Numbered from the stretch's first letter, positions 13,461 to 25,704 are shown. The stretch is DNA of 64,000 nucleotides from Carcharhinus longimanus (GCA_030264375.1 JASCQW010000190.1:25568497-25632496), one strand, 5' to 3'. Notes: generated by a model not told the origin, from the sequence alone. Program-made: numbers and translations.

Positions 13461-14388
13461 AAATATCAACTGGTGGGTATCCAGTACAGACTTTTGCCTG
13501 GGTTCAGGACATTGTGGACAAGGATCATGCCTACAAAAAGCTGCCGGCCAGTCAGAGATCTCTGGCCCTTACACACAGGAAGGCGGTTGCTCATGCAGAA
13601 AAGACATGCACCACAGGCCCAGAATCACAGAGCAGCCCAGGCCACAGTAAGTAATAATGGGTGGGGGAATCAGGGGGATGTTGACAATGATGCCACGGGT
13701 ACGGTTTTCAGTGGATCCTCCCTGCCCTTCCACAATGCCAGGTCCCTCAATCAGCCACTGAGTGTCCTTGAAAGAGGGGTGATTCTACTGGGGAATGATA
13801 AGCATAAATAGTAAGTTTATTTGTCACTTATGCCACATAGCAACATATCTCCTGTTGCTGGGTTAATACCAGAGGCAGCAGGATGAGGCACTTAATTGCC
13901 CACCAAAAGGCCTCAATTGGCAATGGGGTAGGAAAGTTGACCACAGGCCTTCCTGCACTGGACTTAATCGAGATGGAGACAGGAAGATGACGAGGTGCTC
14001 ACCCATCACATTCTGATCTGATTAAATGCTCCCTGTGCTTCCAAACACGCCACTAGAGAGGACAGTACAGCCCACCCCTGAAGTTTTTGATAGTCTTGTA
14101 CACTGAATGCTGGTTTGAGATAGTTAGATAAAATGATGGAAAGCAGATTAATTAATGTTAGTCGTTGGAAAATAACTTCACTTTTCAATACATTTCCAAG
14201 TTTTCAAATGACAAAGGTATGTCTAAATCACGTTTGCAAAAGTTTACTTTCAAAGGAAGTTCATGTAATTTGTCACCAAATTGTGCTACCATAGCTTAAG
14301 ATTTGCAAGAAACTTCCTGAAGCAAAGTGCATTTTATTCAAGATAACCTAAAAAGCTGAACACAATGTATGGATTTGATTCCTTGCAG

Positions 14389-14811
14389 GTCACTAAGATG
14401 TTGGCAGTGGTGGTTATTCTGTTTGCTTTGCTCTGGATGCCTTACAGAACAATAGTGGTGGTCAATTCCTTCATAGACAAGCAATATGAAAATGCCTGGT
14501 TCCTTTTATTCTGCAGACTGTGTGTGTATGCTAACAGTGCTATCAACCCTGTCATTTACAATCTAATGTCCCAGAAATTCAGATCTGCTTTCAAAAAACT
14601 GTGCAATTGTAGCCGAGACGACACTCAGCCACGTACCTTGTACTCAACTCCCCTTAACTACAGTGTAGTGCGAGCTCCGATCAGTGGGAGCCCTGAAGTC
14701 AATGGCAAGACACAAGGTGATAAACAGACACAGCAGGAGGAAGCTTCCAACATCAAAACGGAAGAATGTAAATCTACAGCTAAAGGCCAGATGTACTTTA
14801 GTGTTGTTTAA
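14389..14811 (+). CDS. trhr2: TRH receptor coding exon 2 (TM6, TM7, C-tail)
   Basis: Acceptor TTCCTTGCAG|GTC at 14388/14389. Translation [21 protein letters not shown]...[25 protein letters not shown]...LCNC, stop TAA at 14809-14811. The intron falls at the usual TRHR position RKQ|VTKML. Confidence 0.93.
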   Translation, partial: VTKMLAVVVILFALLWMPYRTIVVVNSFIDKQYENAWFLLFCRLCVYANSAINPVIYNLMSQKFRSAFKKLCNCSRDDTQPRTLYSTPLNYSVVRAPISGSPEVNGKTQGDKQTQQEEASNIKTEECKSTAKGQMYFSVV

Positions 14812-16283
14812 AATACGACCTTTATCTAAGATAATTTGAATCAACGTAGAAGAGTGAAATAGGGAAAGTTTCTCTGGCTATCAGTGGAAGATTATGTAAA
14901 ACATTTAGACGACATAAGTAATGCCCAGGAAAGCATGTTTAACATACCACTGGGACTGTTCTCCATATCATCTGAAACAATTTCAATTTTCTGACTGTGA
15001 TTGCAATGCTCTGCTTGAAGCTACAACAACCTTGCCCTGGAAATCTACAGTCAATGGGGACTCTCTGCACCTGACCCTGCTCATCATTCTGGGCTCAGTA
15101 ATAATATATCCTGTCTGGTGCCTGCACCCATTAGGGACAAATCAGGGTACATTGCAGGTTGGAGATGTTCAACTGCTTTCAGAACAGGAGGGGTGCTGCC
15201 CACCGACGGGCATACGTTTCCAGGCTCCTTTCAGAAAGGGGCCCACGGTTCAGAATTTCAGGAAGTCCAGGTTGCTTTTCCCAGTCACTATCCTGCAGGC
15301 TGTGACACACCTTCTCACTGGGCGCACTGCCTTGCTGGAAGATTATCAGCCCAGGGTTGGGGGAACACCTAATCTAAAAGTTCCCCAATCCTTGGTTACA
15401 CCTCCTTTGATGCAGACAATGGCCTTGACCCAGGCAGCCCCAATGAAGTGGGAAGGATGGGCTTGGACACAGGATTTTGGTGTTTACTTCACACATGCGG
15501 CCCTCACTATAAAACAAGAAGTTCAAGGTCCACTCTTGTCCATCCGCCCCCTTCCCCCACCTCCCCCACTTCCCCCAACAGCTTCATTTCAGTAATTGAG
15601 CTCCAGCTGGTGGTGCCTCAGTTGGAGCTCGCTCAGTTTGGGAAAATAATTTTGGGCTTTGTGGGTGCAGCCCTTGGCGGGACCCACAGGGGTTTATGGG
15701 GGCAGGTGGGTGGGCGATGGAAGTAGCAACTGTCAGCAACCAGTGCTGCACATAAATCTTCTTAAAAAATGGAAGATGCCTTTTAACACTACAAGCACGC
15801 ACAGAAAACCTCCTGCACTCAGGGCAGCTGAATCTCCACCAGGGCCAGAAAGCATATACAAGGCTAGCATGTTATTTTCAGGCATTCTTAGGGCCTAGGC
15901 TACTGCCCTTTAAAATGGCCATTTTAGCCACCACTTTCCATCCAGAAAACAGGCAGTAATTTCTAGTCCAGTGATCACATTACACAGTTTTCTTTATGGT
16001 GGAATATACACTTGAGGGGAAGTATTTTCAATTTACTCGATAGAGAATAAAACTAACTTTATAGCTGTGGAGCCAATTGGTCGGGGGCATAGATAGAAGC
16101 TCAATTTAAAATGGGCTGCATTTTACAACAAAGATACAATAAACTGCATTGATTTCACTCAAGCTCCAATTTTCACCTTAATTGGCCCATGGTTGTATTT
16201 TGCAGTTGCTTCCTTGACAGTGTTGTTGCTGACTCACTTGAAAATGAAGAAATGGATACAGGCCCTCACCTAGAATAGATAGA

Positions 16284-16411
16284 GGCTGGAATTCTCCGAT
16301 CTCATATGCCCCACCACTGCTGCCAGCAAGAATGGAGGATTTGGTGCTCAGCCAAATCTCCGTTCACTGCAGCAGGATCACAACTGGAGGTGAGGTTAGA
16401 GAATCCAGCCC
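16284..16411. mobile_element. Palindromic MITE (related copy at 22794-22926)
   Basis: TIRs GGCTGGAATTCTCC / AGAGAATCCAGCCC, with a central hairpin GAATGGAGGATTTGG-TGCTCAG-CCAAATCTCCGTTC. Confidence 0.7.
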
Positions 16412-16709
16412 AGAGTGCAGGGGTGGGACACAGATTTGATCCGTGTCCTCGACTGCCTCTCTGTCACAAATATTCCACTATAGAGAGTGGGGGAGCAATT
16501 TCTCCAGAGGGGGACAAATATCTGTGGGAAACATGCATTCGCTTTAGATTGGCTTCAATGGAGGCCTAGGATATCTCATGGCAAGTGCATGAAAATAGAC
16601 TGTGAGGACATTTTTTTAAAAGAGCTTCTAAACTCTTCAATGAAAAGCACCTTTAATTTTAGTTTAAATATATTTATCTTTGGATCCATCTCAGAATATA
16701 TTATTTTTT

Positions 16710-17050
16710 CATTCACTGGAACTGGACATTGCTGCCAAGGCCTGTATTTGTTGTCCATCTCTAATTGCCCTTGAATGGCTTGGTTTCAGAGTACAGTGAA
16801 AAGTCAGCTACAATGCCCTGTGGGTCTGGATTTAGCTGTAGGCCAGACCAGGTAACAATTTTCTCCCGAATCAGAGGGGTTTTTACAACAATTGATGAGG
16901 ATTGCCAGTCACCATTACCATAACAGCCAACTCCACAGATTTGAATCATTGGATTTAAATTCCAGCAGCTGCCATTGGGGTTTGAATCTGTGTCCACAGC
17001 ACATGGATTACTAGTCCAGTGACATTCCCACAACACCACCATCTCCCCTA
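16710..17050 (-). mobile_element. Deu-domain SINE (SacSINE1-like), decayed
   Basis: TGTAGGCCAGACCAGGTAA Deu core on the minus strand, with a tRNA-like head near 16980-17050. Confidence 0.65.
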
Positions 17051-17229
17051 CACATAGTTCCATTTGGAATTGTAGCCCAATTAAAAGAATAGATGATTTT
17101 AGAAAAAAGGATTGAAGTTCACTCTGGATTATAAAATGATTAAGATTTTGAGATCATGCTTCATCTTCCAATTCGGGAAACATCTGTTTTCTTGGTATCT
17201 TGTGGCTCTTTTCCTGAGCTTCTCTTCCA

Positions 17230-17545
17230 GAGTGGCACAGTGGTTAGGATTACTGCCTCATAGCACCAGGGATCCAGGTTCGATTCCCAGTTTGGGTCAC
17301 TGTCTGTGTGGAGTTTGCATTTTTCTCAGTGTCCGCATGGGTTTCCTCTGGGCGCTCCAGTTTCCTCCCACAATCCAAAGATGTGTGGGTTTGGTGGATT
17401 GGCTATGCTAAATTGTACCTTAATGTCAGGGGATTAACAGAGTAAATGCAAGGGTTATGGGGATAGTGCCTGGGTGGGATTATAGTCAGTGCAGAGTCTC
17501 TGGGCCGAATGGTCTCCTTCTGCACTGTAGGATTGTATGTTTCTA
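17230..17545 (+). mobile_element. HE1-type V-SINE
   Basis: GTGGCACAGTGGTTAG (A box), GGTTCGATTCC (B box), V-domain, and tail GAATGGTCTCCTTCTGCACTGTAGGATT. Confidence 0.88.
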
Positions 17546-18669
17546 ATTGTTGGATGTGCATGCTCTCTGTTACTGTAATCTATCTTACTTTGTTTGTGTA
17601 CCAAAACCCAAGTTTAATTTTAACTGTTTGATTTTTTACTCTCTTATTATAGCATGTTAAATGTACCTGTGTATATATTCTGATACTTTATCCTGTATTG
17701 ACAGACATATCTCAGATACCAATTTGTTTGGGTGCATGTTACTTGCTCAGAAAAGTCCTTCCTTATTATTTAAATACAAACACTTTTTGTGGTTAAGTCC
17801 AGTTGATACAATGATACTTACGTATTTCAGTGGTGTTAATTGTTAAAAAGATTAAATAACCTTAAAAGTAATGCAAAGTTCATGTTTGCAACGGTGTAAC
17901 AATATGCCAGAATATATTCATATAAGTGAGGTACTAAACTCATTATCAGCTCAGTTACTTGCATGCATGCATTCTGACAGGGAAATTGGACAGTATCATA
18001 ATGTTAAATGGTGTTGGTTATGAAACTGTTTAATGCAAATCATAGATAAGTAATTTTTGATATGCAATATAACATCTTAATGCATGAGAAATTTCTACAG
18101 TTTGTTTGCCCGATAATGTAGTGTTTAAAGCACTGCCGTTATAGTGTTGTAATTTCCGAGTCCAGGCTGGGTCTGCCAATTTTCTGTCAATTTAACACAG
18201 ACTAGCTTTAGCCTATGTCTGAAGCTCTTTCAGTTATCAACTGAAGGAGGAAGTATAACGTAATATTTAAGGTGGTGATATGCTGTGATTACTCCAGTCT
18301 AGGCTGCATCTAGCACTGGAACAGTATTGGCACTATGGTGGCTGCTTTCACCGGCTGAAGTTGGAAGATTACAAAGAAGCTGCATATATATTTCTGCATG
18401 GCAGGATAGCATAAATAACTTTTGCATAATTAAGCAGCTTAGTAAAAACAACAGGCATTTATTTAATTTATTTATCTCCTACTGCATCTGCAAGTGAGCA
18501 GACTATGAATCCGAAACCAAACTGTTAACAATTAGCTTTGGTGACATGGAACAGTTTGAAAATACATTCTGTGAAAGATGCTGAGGGGTTTTAGTCTTGT
18601 GCTGTCATTTTCTTTTCACTAAAAGCCTCTTGCTCGTATGTGCTTCCCGTCAGCCAGATAACCAGGCAG

Positions 18670-18852
18670 GCTTCTCGGCCTTTTGGCTAAGATCAAGCAT
18701 CGGATCAAGCCCAGGCTGGGGGTGCAGTACCTTACCCTTGCCAGCTTGGATTTTGTTTGTCTCTCTTGTGGGGACCATGAACCGGATTCAATCGAAACTT
18801 GAAATTGTTTTTCCCAAGCAAGGGATGGATTTGGATTTGCCCCGCTCCACTC
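18670..18852 (+). ncRNA. U2 snRNA-derived, remodelled element (variant gene, pseudogene or U2-headed repeat)
   Basis: GCTTCTCGGCCTTTTGGCTAAGATCAAG (18670-18697) is identical to the vertebrate U2 5' end. There is a stem IIb-like GTCTCTCTTGTGGGGAC, an Sm-like AATTGTTTTT, and an SL III-like AGCAAGGGATGGATTTGGATTTGCCCCGCTCCACTC. The branch-point recognition GTAGTA is absent. Confidence 0.75.
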
Positions 18853-19176
18853 TGAGGATTTGTAACTTTAAGGATGGAGTGGAAAATTTGAAAAACAAAT
18901 CTAGACAGTCCAAGTTCCCGCATTCGCTTCCAGTGATTTTAGATCACTGGCTACAAGTCAAATGAGCATCTTACTTATTGCTCCATGTGACTCAGTATCT
19001 TACTGCTTTGAGAGGCAGTAAGTTGAGCTGGTGAGATGCTGAAAACTCCTTAGCACAAGTGAATTTTTGACTGTTCCCAAACTGAAGCTAATACGGTTAT
19101 CAATAAATCTATGGACTATCCAATTAATTACATATTTTTCAATTTGATCTAGAAGCAGCCTAGACACAAAAATGTT

Positions 19177-19316
19177 GGTGGGAATTTTCCCATCGGGCCT
19201 GCCATGGGAATTGTAGTGGGTGGCGAGGAGAAGGGAGGGGTGCACCATGCAATGGTCCATTGATCTCAGGTGGGATTTTCTGGTTTTGGGATGAGCACAG
19301 CTGGAAATTCCTGCCC
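19177..19316. mobile_element. Palindromic MITE
   Basis: GGTGGGAATTTTCC ... GGAAATTCCTGCCC ends, central CAATGGTCCATTG. Similar to copies at 7209, 49141 and 55079. Confidence 0.65.
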
Positions 19317-19679
19317 GTTGGTGGAACAATAGCCACACATGAGTTAACTGCAGTGGGGTTTTGCAGTTGTTGCACGTATATAATTTAAAAAAAATGAATT
19401 TTGCATAATTTGCATCTAATTTGCTTGAATTTTAGATTTGAGCCTGTAAACTGATGTTAATTATATAAATGAGAAATGTTACATTGCTGGCACACTCTCA
19501 GCTTGCTGTAGTATTTGGCAGAATTAGCAGCTGTTTTGACCAGATGTATTGTTCAGTACGAATGTATCCCTGATTTCTAAATGATTTTTATTGTATAATG
19601 TAGTATACGGTATAATGTAATATGAATGTCATGTTGAATATTGAAACTGGGATATCGATATGTTACTTTGGCTTGAAAA

Positions 19680-19715
19680 AATAAAAATGAAAACGTGCAC
19701 TTTTTGTTTGTCGTG
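19680..19715 (+). terminator. Candidate polyadenylation signal of trhr2
   Basis: AATAAA at 19680-19685 followed by a GT/T-rich tract (TTTTTGTTTGTCGTG), at the end of ~2 kb of AT-rich, mostly repeat-free UTR-like sequence. Confidence 0.4.
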
Positions 19716-21289
19716 ATAATTCTGAATTACTTTCATTCCTGTTCTTTTCAATAATGGCAATGTGGAGTTCTACACTTAGTTTCTACATCCATTGCTTAGC
19801 TTGAACAGATTTCCAACTCCTTGCATCGTTTTATCACACTTGCTCCAAGAAAGAAAGACTTGCATTGACATAGTGCCTTTCACAACCTTAGGATGTTCAA
19901 AAACACAACACAGCTAATGGCATGTTAGTCACTGTTGGAATATAGAAAATGAGGCAGTCAAGTTGTAGACAACAAATTTCTACCTGTCTCCATCCAGGCA
20001 GTGCCAGCTGGTGGGATGTTCACGTATGGGAGGCAGTGATGGACTCAAGGTAGCAGGCTGGAGGTGCAGAAGGAGGCATACCAATAACAAAGTGGTCAAG
20101 TTAAAAAGCCCACTTTCATTTGCTAATAATTTGTCCAGTTCTGTAAATGAGTACAAAGCCTACTTCACTCTACACCGCTCAGCCCCTCAAACCGTCATAC
20201 CATACCCTCTTCACCCTTTCATCCATTCACTCTTTTCACCTCTTCACCTCCTTCACCCCAATCTCCCCATATCCACTTTATAATGGTAACTCACAAGCTC
20301 TATAATAACTTTTGGTGGATTTGAAAAGGTCATGAATGTATTAAAGCAAACAAACAACACTTGAATCAGCACTTAATAACCATTATCCTCTTAGAAGCTC
20401 ATAAATCTAACAAAATAAACATACTCCACTGGATAGCTGTATAAACAAACCTTGCAGTGCAGAATCCAATAATGTATTTGAAGGCAAGAAAAATCTCAGA
20501 CATCTGTTAAAACTTTGAAATAGCAAAATAGATGACTGAGATGCTCTTTAAAGAATGACTGAAAACCCTGGGAAAAGTTTCAGCATTTAGCTATTGATCT
20601 CACATTGGGCTACGCTTTCTGTATTGTACAATGCATAATTGCACCAAATCCAGTGGGCAAATTTGAATGCAGCTGAAGACTCTATGTGCCTCATTTATGG
20701 TTTACATCAGCACTCAGCAGATGTGATTTAGAAAAGTTTCCAAAACATGGCTGCTTCCATGAAAGCCGCAGAGATTCTGAAATGTTTATTGACGGAATGG
20801 TGCCAGCAACTTTGAAACAGCAACCTGCCCACCCCCTTTCCTGCAACACTAAAAATAGCCAGAGATGGAAATGTTGGGGAATAAACTTCCACATCCGTAC
20901 TCCAGTGTTATATTTTTCTTCCACCTCACACTGCGTAGTGAATAATCCAGTCTACAATTCCTACCCTTCATTAAAGAATCATTGAGTCCCTACAGAGCAG
21001 AAAGAGGCCATTTGGCCCATCGAGTCTGCACTGACCACAATCAATAACCTTCAAAATCTAAAAGCAGCTGTGTTTTGGCAGAGCAAGTTGCATGCCAACA
21101 ATGGCTAACAGTGAGTTCATTTTGACAACAGTATGAAGAGAAAGTCTCAACTTGTACGCCATTGAACTCACTGACTGCTGTTGTTTTCATTGTATAGATG
21201 CATACCAAAAAGCATGAGAACAGTTAAAGAATGGAGAATGACTTTGCAAATTAGTGCATTCAGAACTATCACAAATATATTAAAAGAGT

Positions 21290-21540
21290 CAAAGAACAAC
21301 ACAGCACGGGAAACAGGCCCTTCGGCCCAACGAGCCCGCGCCGCCGTCCCATTGTCTCAGTGANNNNNNNNNNNNNNNNNNNNNNNNNNNNNNNNNNNNN
21401 NNNNNNNNNNNNNNNNNNNNNNNNNNNNNNNNNNNNNNNNNNNNNNNNNNNNNNNNNNNNNNNAGCATAGTTCCCCTCCTCTGTCCCTGAGAGGACCAAT
21501 CTTCCCTCTAACCATCCTTTTGTTTCTAACATAGGAGTAA
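21290..21540 (-). mobile_element. CR1-type LINE 3' end
   Basis: AAAGAACAACACAGCACGGGAAACAGGCCCTTCGGCCCAAC. The same end occurs at 61153-61216. Confidence 0.7.
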
Positions 21541-22793
21541 TATTGTTTTGATGGTAATCATTTGTCCCCCCAGAACAAAAGAAGACTATCAATAATCACT
21601 AATTTAACAGAATCCTATAGGATGGTTTAAGTAAATGACTTCACTCTAACCAACACATTCCATGCTACACTTCAGGCAGGAACCTACTGACCTGAGGCTG
21701 ATGGTCATAATAAGTCAATGTCACTTTCATTCTTAGCGTAGATATTTCATTTGACGGAGGTAAATGTCTATTTGGAAATTACTTTGTGGCTTTTCTTTTG
21801 TCCCTTGAACTTTAATCTTTTTAATTCCCCTCCTCAGGCTAAATGGGAATAAATTCTGTTCAGTGCCCTGATTGGTATTAGAGTAATTCCTTGTCTAATC
21901 CAGGGTTGAAATACAAGAACAGCATTAAGGCAACAAGAAAATAATAGTTCTGACAAAATAAACCTGCTTCGAGACTATAAATAGCTGGAGCATTGGATCT
22001 TTAATATCTTTTGTAATGTAATAATGAACAGATAAGATTTCACGTCTGGTGCAGGGAAAAGATCATAAATCACTATGTGCAAATAACAGTGTTGAAAGAA
22101 GTCAGTGGAGTTTCAGTGGCGTGGTGACAGTGTTCCTAACTCTGGGTTTGAATCCCACCTCAGGACTTAATGTTGCTGAAAGTATATTCACCACATAGAC
22201 TAATTATCAGGCTGTAGATCCTTCCAGTGCAGGTGGGAAGCTACAAGAGTTTCCTGACACTTTGCCAAGCATAATCATGGATCAATTCAACGGAAGTCCA
22301 TGATTGCCAATGCCTCTTAGACATGGACCCTAAAGGAGGAGACAAAGATGTCAGCACCTTAGCAAGAATGCTAAGATGCATTCTTTTGTTTGACAAGGAC
22401 AAAATAATAGAAAACCATACTTCATTTCACCAAATTGACCTCAAGTACATGTGACATAAAGGTGCATTATCCAGTTAACATGAATATGCCATGTGCTTGC
22501 AGCAAATACAAGCAGGTTTGCCAAATCATTTGTCATTAGAGAAGATAAACAAATATTATTCACTATTCCCACATTGCCACAGCATACATTTTTAAAAAAT
22601 CATGTAAACTTAGAAAGAGATACAAGGAAGTGATCAGAGATAATTAAACCCATGGGAATTTGGAGGCCACATGAGATGGCAAAATCAGGGAGATAGCTGT
22701 GCATGAGATTGGGCGTGCGAATGTGGAAGGAGGATAGGATGTCAGTTAACTGAGAGGAAAGAGGAAAGAATAAGGATGAAATAAAAGAGGATG

Positions 22794-22926
22794 GCTGGGA
22801 TTCTGTGCTATTATGCCCCACTATCACTGTCAGCAAGAACAGAGAATTTGGCGCTCAGCCAAATCTCTATTCATTACAGTGGGACTGGAGAATCCCAGCC
22901 ATGGATGAAGTTGAAGAATCCCAGCC
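22794..22926. mobile_element. Palindromic MITE
   Basis: GGCTGGGATTCT ... AGAATCCCAGCC, with the internal GAGAATTTGGCGCTCAGCCAAATCTC shared with the 16284 copy. Confidence 0.7.
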
Positions 22927-23029
22927 GATATGTCTCATGGTGCAGTGACTGAGAGAAAAAAGTAGTAAAGCTACTTGGCCAGAATGTTACGGCCATTTAT
23001 GTCAGTGGGATTTTTCTAACCTAAGGTGT

Positions 23030-23172
23030 TTAAGTTGGGGGGGATTAGTGAGGTAAATGTGTGGCATTAAGGGGATATGGTGGGGGGTGGGCCTGGCTGA
23101 GATGCTCTGTCAGACAGGTAATGCAGACTCAATGGACCAAATTGCCTCTTTCTGCACAGTAGGGATTCTATG
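23030..23172 (+). mobile_element. HE1 SINE 3' part
   Basis: GCAGACTCAATGGACCAAATTGCCTCTTTCTGCACAGTAGGGATTCTATGA. Confidence 0.7.
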
Positions 23173-23179
23173 AATGTTC

Positions 23180-23855
23180 AACCATGTATCTGTATTGTCA
23201 TTAAAACTGCCTGTTTCTACTCTTGTAATAACACCTGATTTTTGCCCCTGCCTCAGCTCTTCTGTTGCTGAAACCCACATTCCTGTGTTTGCTATCTCCA
23301 AACACCTATTCAAGTGTATTTCTGGCTGGTCTCTTACATTTTACCCTTCATAACCTTTAGATCATCCAANNNNNNNNNNNNNNNNNNNNNNNNNNNNNNN
23401 NNNNNNNNNNNNNNNNNNNNNNNNNNNNNNNNNNNNNNNNNNNNNNNNNNNNNNNNNNNNNNNNNNNNNTTAGATAATCCAAACCACAGCTGCCCCTGCC
23501 CTAATTAACACTGAATCCCATTTATCCATCACCTCTGTGTTTTCTAACAAATACTGGCTCCAGCTATAATACCTTGATCTTAAAATTCCTATCTTTGTTT
23601 TCAATTCCCTCCACGGTCTTGTCTTCCTCCCGATCTCTGTAATCTCCCACAGTTTGCAACTCTCCAAGAAATCTGCACTTCTCTCTAACCTTTTCAGCAT
23701 TGTAATTACTCCACCACTGGTGAATGGCCCTTCAGCTGCCAAGCACCTAAACTTCAGAATTTCCTCCCTTAACCTCTCCAGCTCTCCATCTCACTTCCCT
23801 CTTTTAAAACACTCCTTAAACCTATAGCTTTGACCAAGTTTTTGATCACCTGACC
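23180..23855 (+). mobile_element. L2-type LINE 3' fragment
   Basis: CATCCA...CACAGCTGCCC, TGGCTCC...TAAAATTCC and GGCCCTTCAGCTGCC...CTCCTTAAACC...TTTGACCAAG remnants. Confidence 0.6.
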
Positions 23856-24289
23856 GAGTCACTCTCCAATGAAGTGAATATTATCATTTATGAGTGAATC
23901 ATGTGGTACAGAGGTAATAACTGATTGAGCACCAGTCACTGTTCAGACCAGCAGAAAACAAAGCTGGAAACCAGTGAACCATCACAAATGAATGGGCTTC
24001 TGTGCATTACAAATACTGCCGCACTATATTGTGTATTCTGAGCCAGTAAGGTGCTTGGAGGTTGGACAGTCATTGCCTGTTATGTGTTATCCTTTCTATT
24101 TTGTGGAATATTTCATTCTTTGCGATTCATCACCTGAAGAAGCCAAATCTTTTCTAAGATCTCATGTTATTTTATGCAGCCCATTTGATAGTCTGTGAGG
24201 TCCTGATCGTTGCACAATAAAACTTAATTAAAATCAGCAGCTGAGGTTAAAAGAACAACCCATCTATATGAAATACAAGAGATATTATA

Positions 24290-24835
24290 TTTGATTTGAT
24301 CTGATTTATTATTGTCACATGTACAGTGGAAATATTGTTTCTTGTGTTATACAGACAAAGCTTACCGTAGATAGAGTATATAGGGGAGAAGGAAAGAAGA
24401 TACAAAATGTAATGTTACAAACATAGCTAAGGTGTAGAGAAAGATCAACTTAATATAAGGTAGGTCCATTCAAAAGTCTGATGGCAGTAGGAAAGAACCT
24501 GATCTTGAGTTGTTTGGTATGTGACTTCAGACTTTGATACCTTTTTCCCAAAGGAAAAAGGTGGAACAGAGTATGTCTGGGGTGCATGGGGTTGTTGATT
24601 ATGCTGGCTGCTTTTCCAAGGCAGTAGGAAATGTAGACAGAGTTAATGGATGGGAGGCTGGTTTGCTTGATGGACTGGGCTATGTTCACAACTCTTCATA
24701 GTTTCTTGCATTCTTGGTCAGGGCAGGAGCCATACCAAACTGTGACACATCCTGAAAGGGTGCTTTCTATGTTACATCTGTAAAAGTTGTTGAGTGTCAT
24801 AGCAGACATGCCAAATTTCCTTGGCCCCCTGAGAA
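24290..24835 (-). mobile_element. Rex1/Babar-type LINE 3' fragment
   Basis: ORF 24450-24689 reads KAASIINNPMHPRHTLFHLFPLGKRYQSL...FFPTAIRLLN, with a (TTTGA)n tail. A short second copy lies at 32935-33080. Confidence 0.8.
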
Positions 24836-24994
24836 CCAATTGAGTTCAAACAACTAACAGGCAACGGGTATCACTGACAAAGCTAGCACCAACTGTCCAT
24901 TTCTAATTACTTTTCACAAGCTGGTTATCATATTATGTGCTTAATATGGGTTCTTTATGTTGCAATGGTGGTGGTTCATTGATGAGATCTTGAG

Positions 24995-25350
24995 GTTCAT
25001 TGGTCGTTTATGGGGTGTGGGTGTCATTGGCTGGGTCAATATTCATAGCCCATTCCTAAATGCCCTCCATTTCATAAGGCTTTTGAGAGTCAATCACATT
25101 ACTGTGGCTCTGGAGTCACATGTAGATCAGACCACGTAAGAACGACGGACTTCATTCCCTAAAGGAATGAAAATGAACCAGATGGATTTTTGACAAAAAA
25201 AACAATGGCTTCATGGTCATCATTAAACTTTTAATACTTATTGAATTCAAATTTCACCACTTGCCATGAAGGGATTTGAACCCACGACCCCAGATCTTAC
25301 TCTCTGGATTACTAACCTAGTGACAATACCATTACACCGCTCCCTCCCCT
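24995..25350 (-). mobile_element. Deu-domain SINE
   Basis: GTGGCTCTGGAGTCACATGTAGATCAGACC...TCCCTAAAGGA...GAACCAGATGG, with a head ending CGCTCCCTCCCC. Confidence 0.75.
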
Positions 25351-25704
25351 ATGTACAGTTTCAACTATTGTCTTTCATGGTATAGCTTCCACCATTCAGG
25401 CTCTCTGCTTAGGGAGTTCTGTTTCCTGACCATGTGACTACATACATCACCCTGTGGGTGGTACCATTCTCCAATCCCACACTAACCCTTGCTCTTATGT
25501 TATTATGCATGCAGGCACACATCATCACAGTGGGGAACTACCACAGTCTATGTGATGTGGATAGACCTGCAATGCTGTTTGGCATGGAATTCCAGAATTT
25601 TGACCCAGCAACAGTGAAGGAATAACAATGTATTTCCAAGTCAGAATAATGTGTGACTTGTTGCTGAGCTGATCTCACTTAGGATCACCGATGCCTGTTT
25701 AAGC

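Noticed and set aside
14921-15595. 224-aa ORF just downstream of the trhr2 stop
   Set aside because: It has no recognisable domain and overlaps GC-rich repeat-like sequence in the UTR. Probably a chance ORF.
17230-17300. tRNA-like A and B boxes here and in other SINE heads
   Set aside because: They continue directly into V-SINE or DeuSINE bodies and do not form a complete cloverleaf, so they are not tRNA genes.
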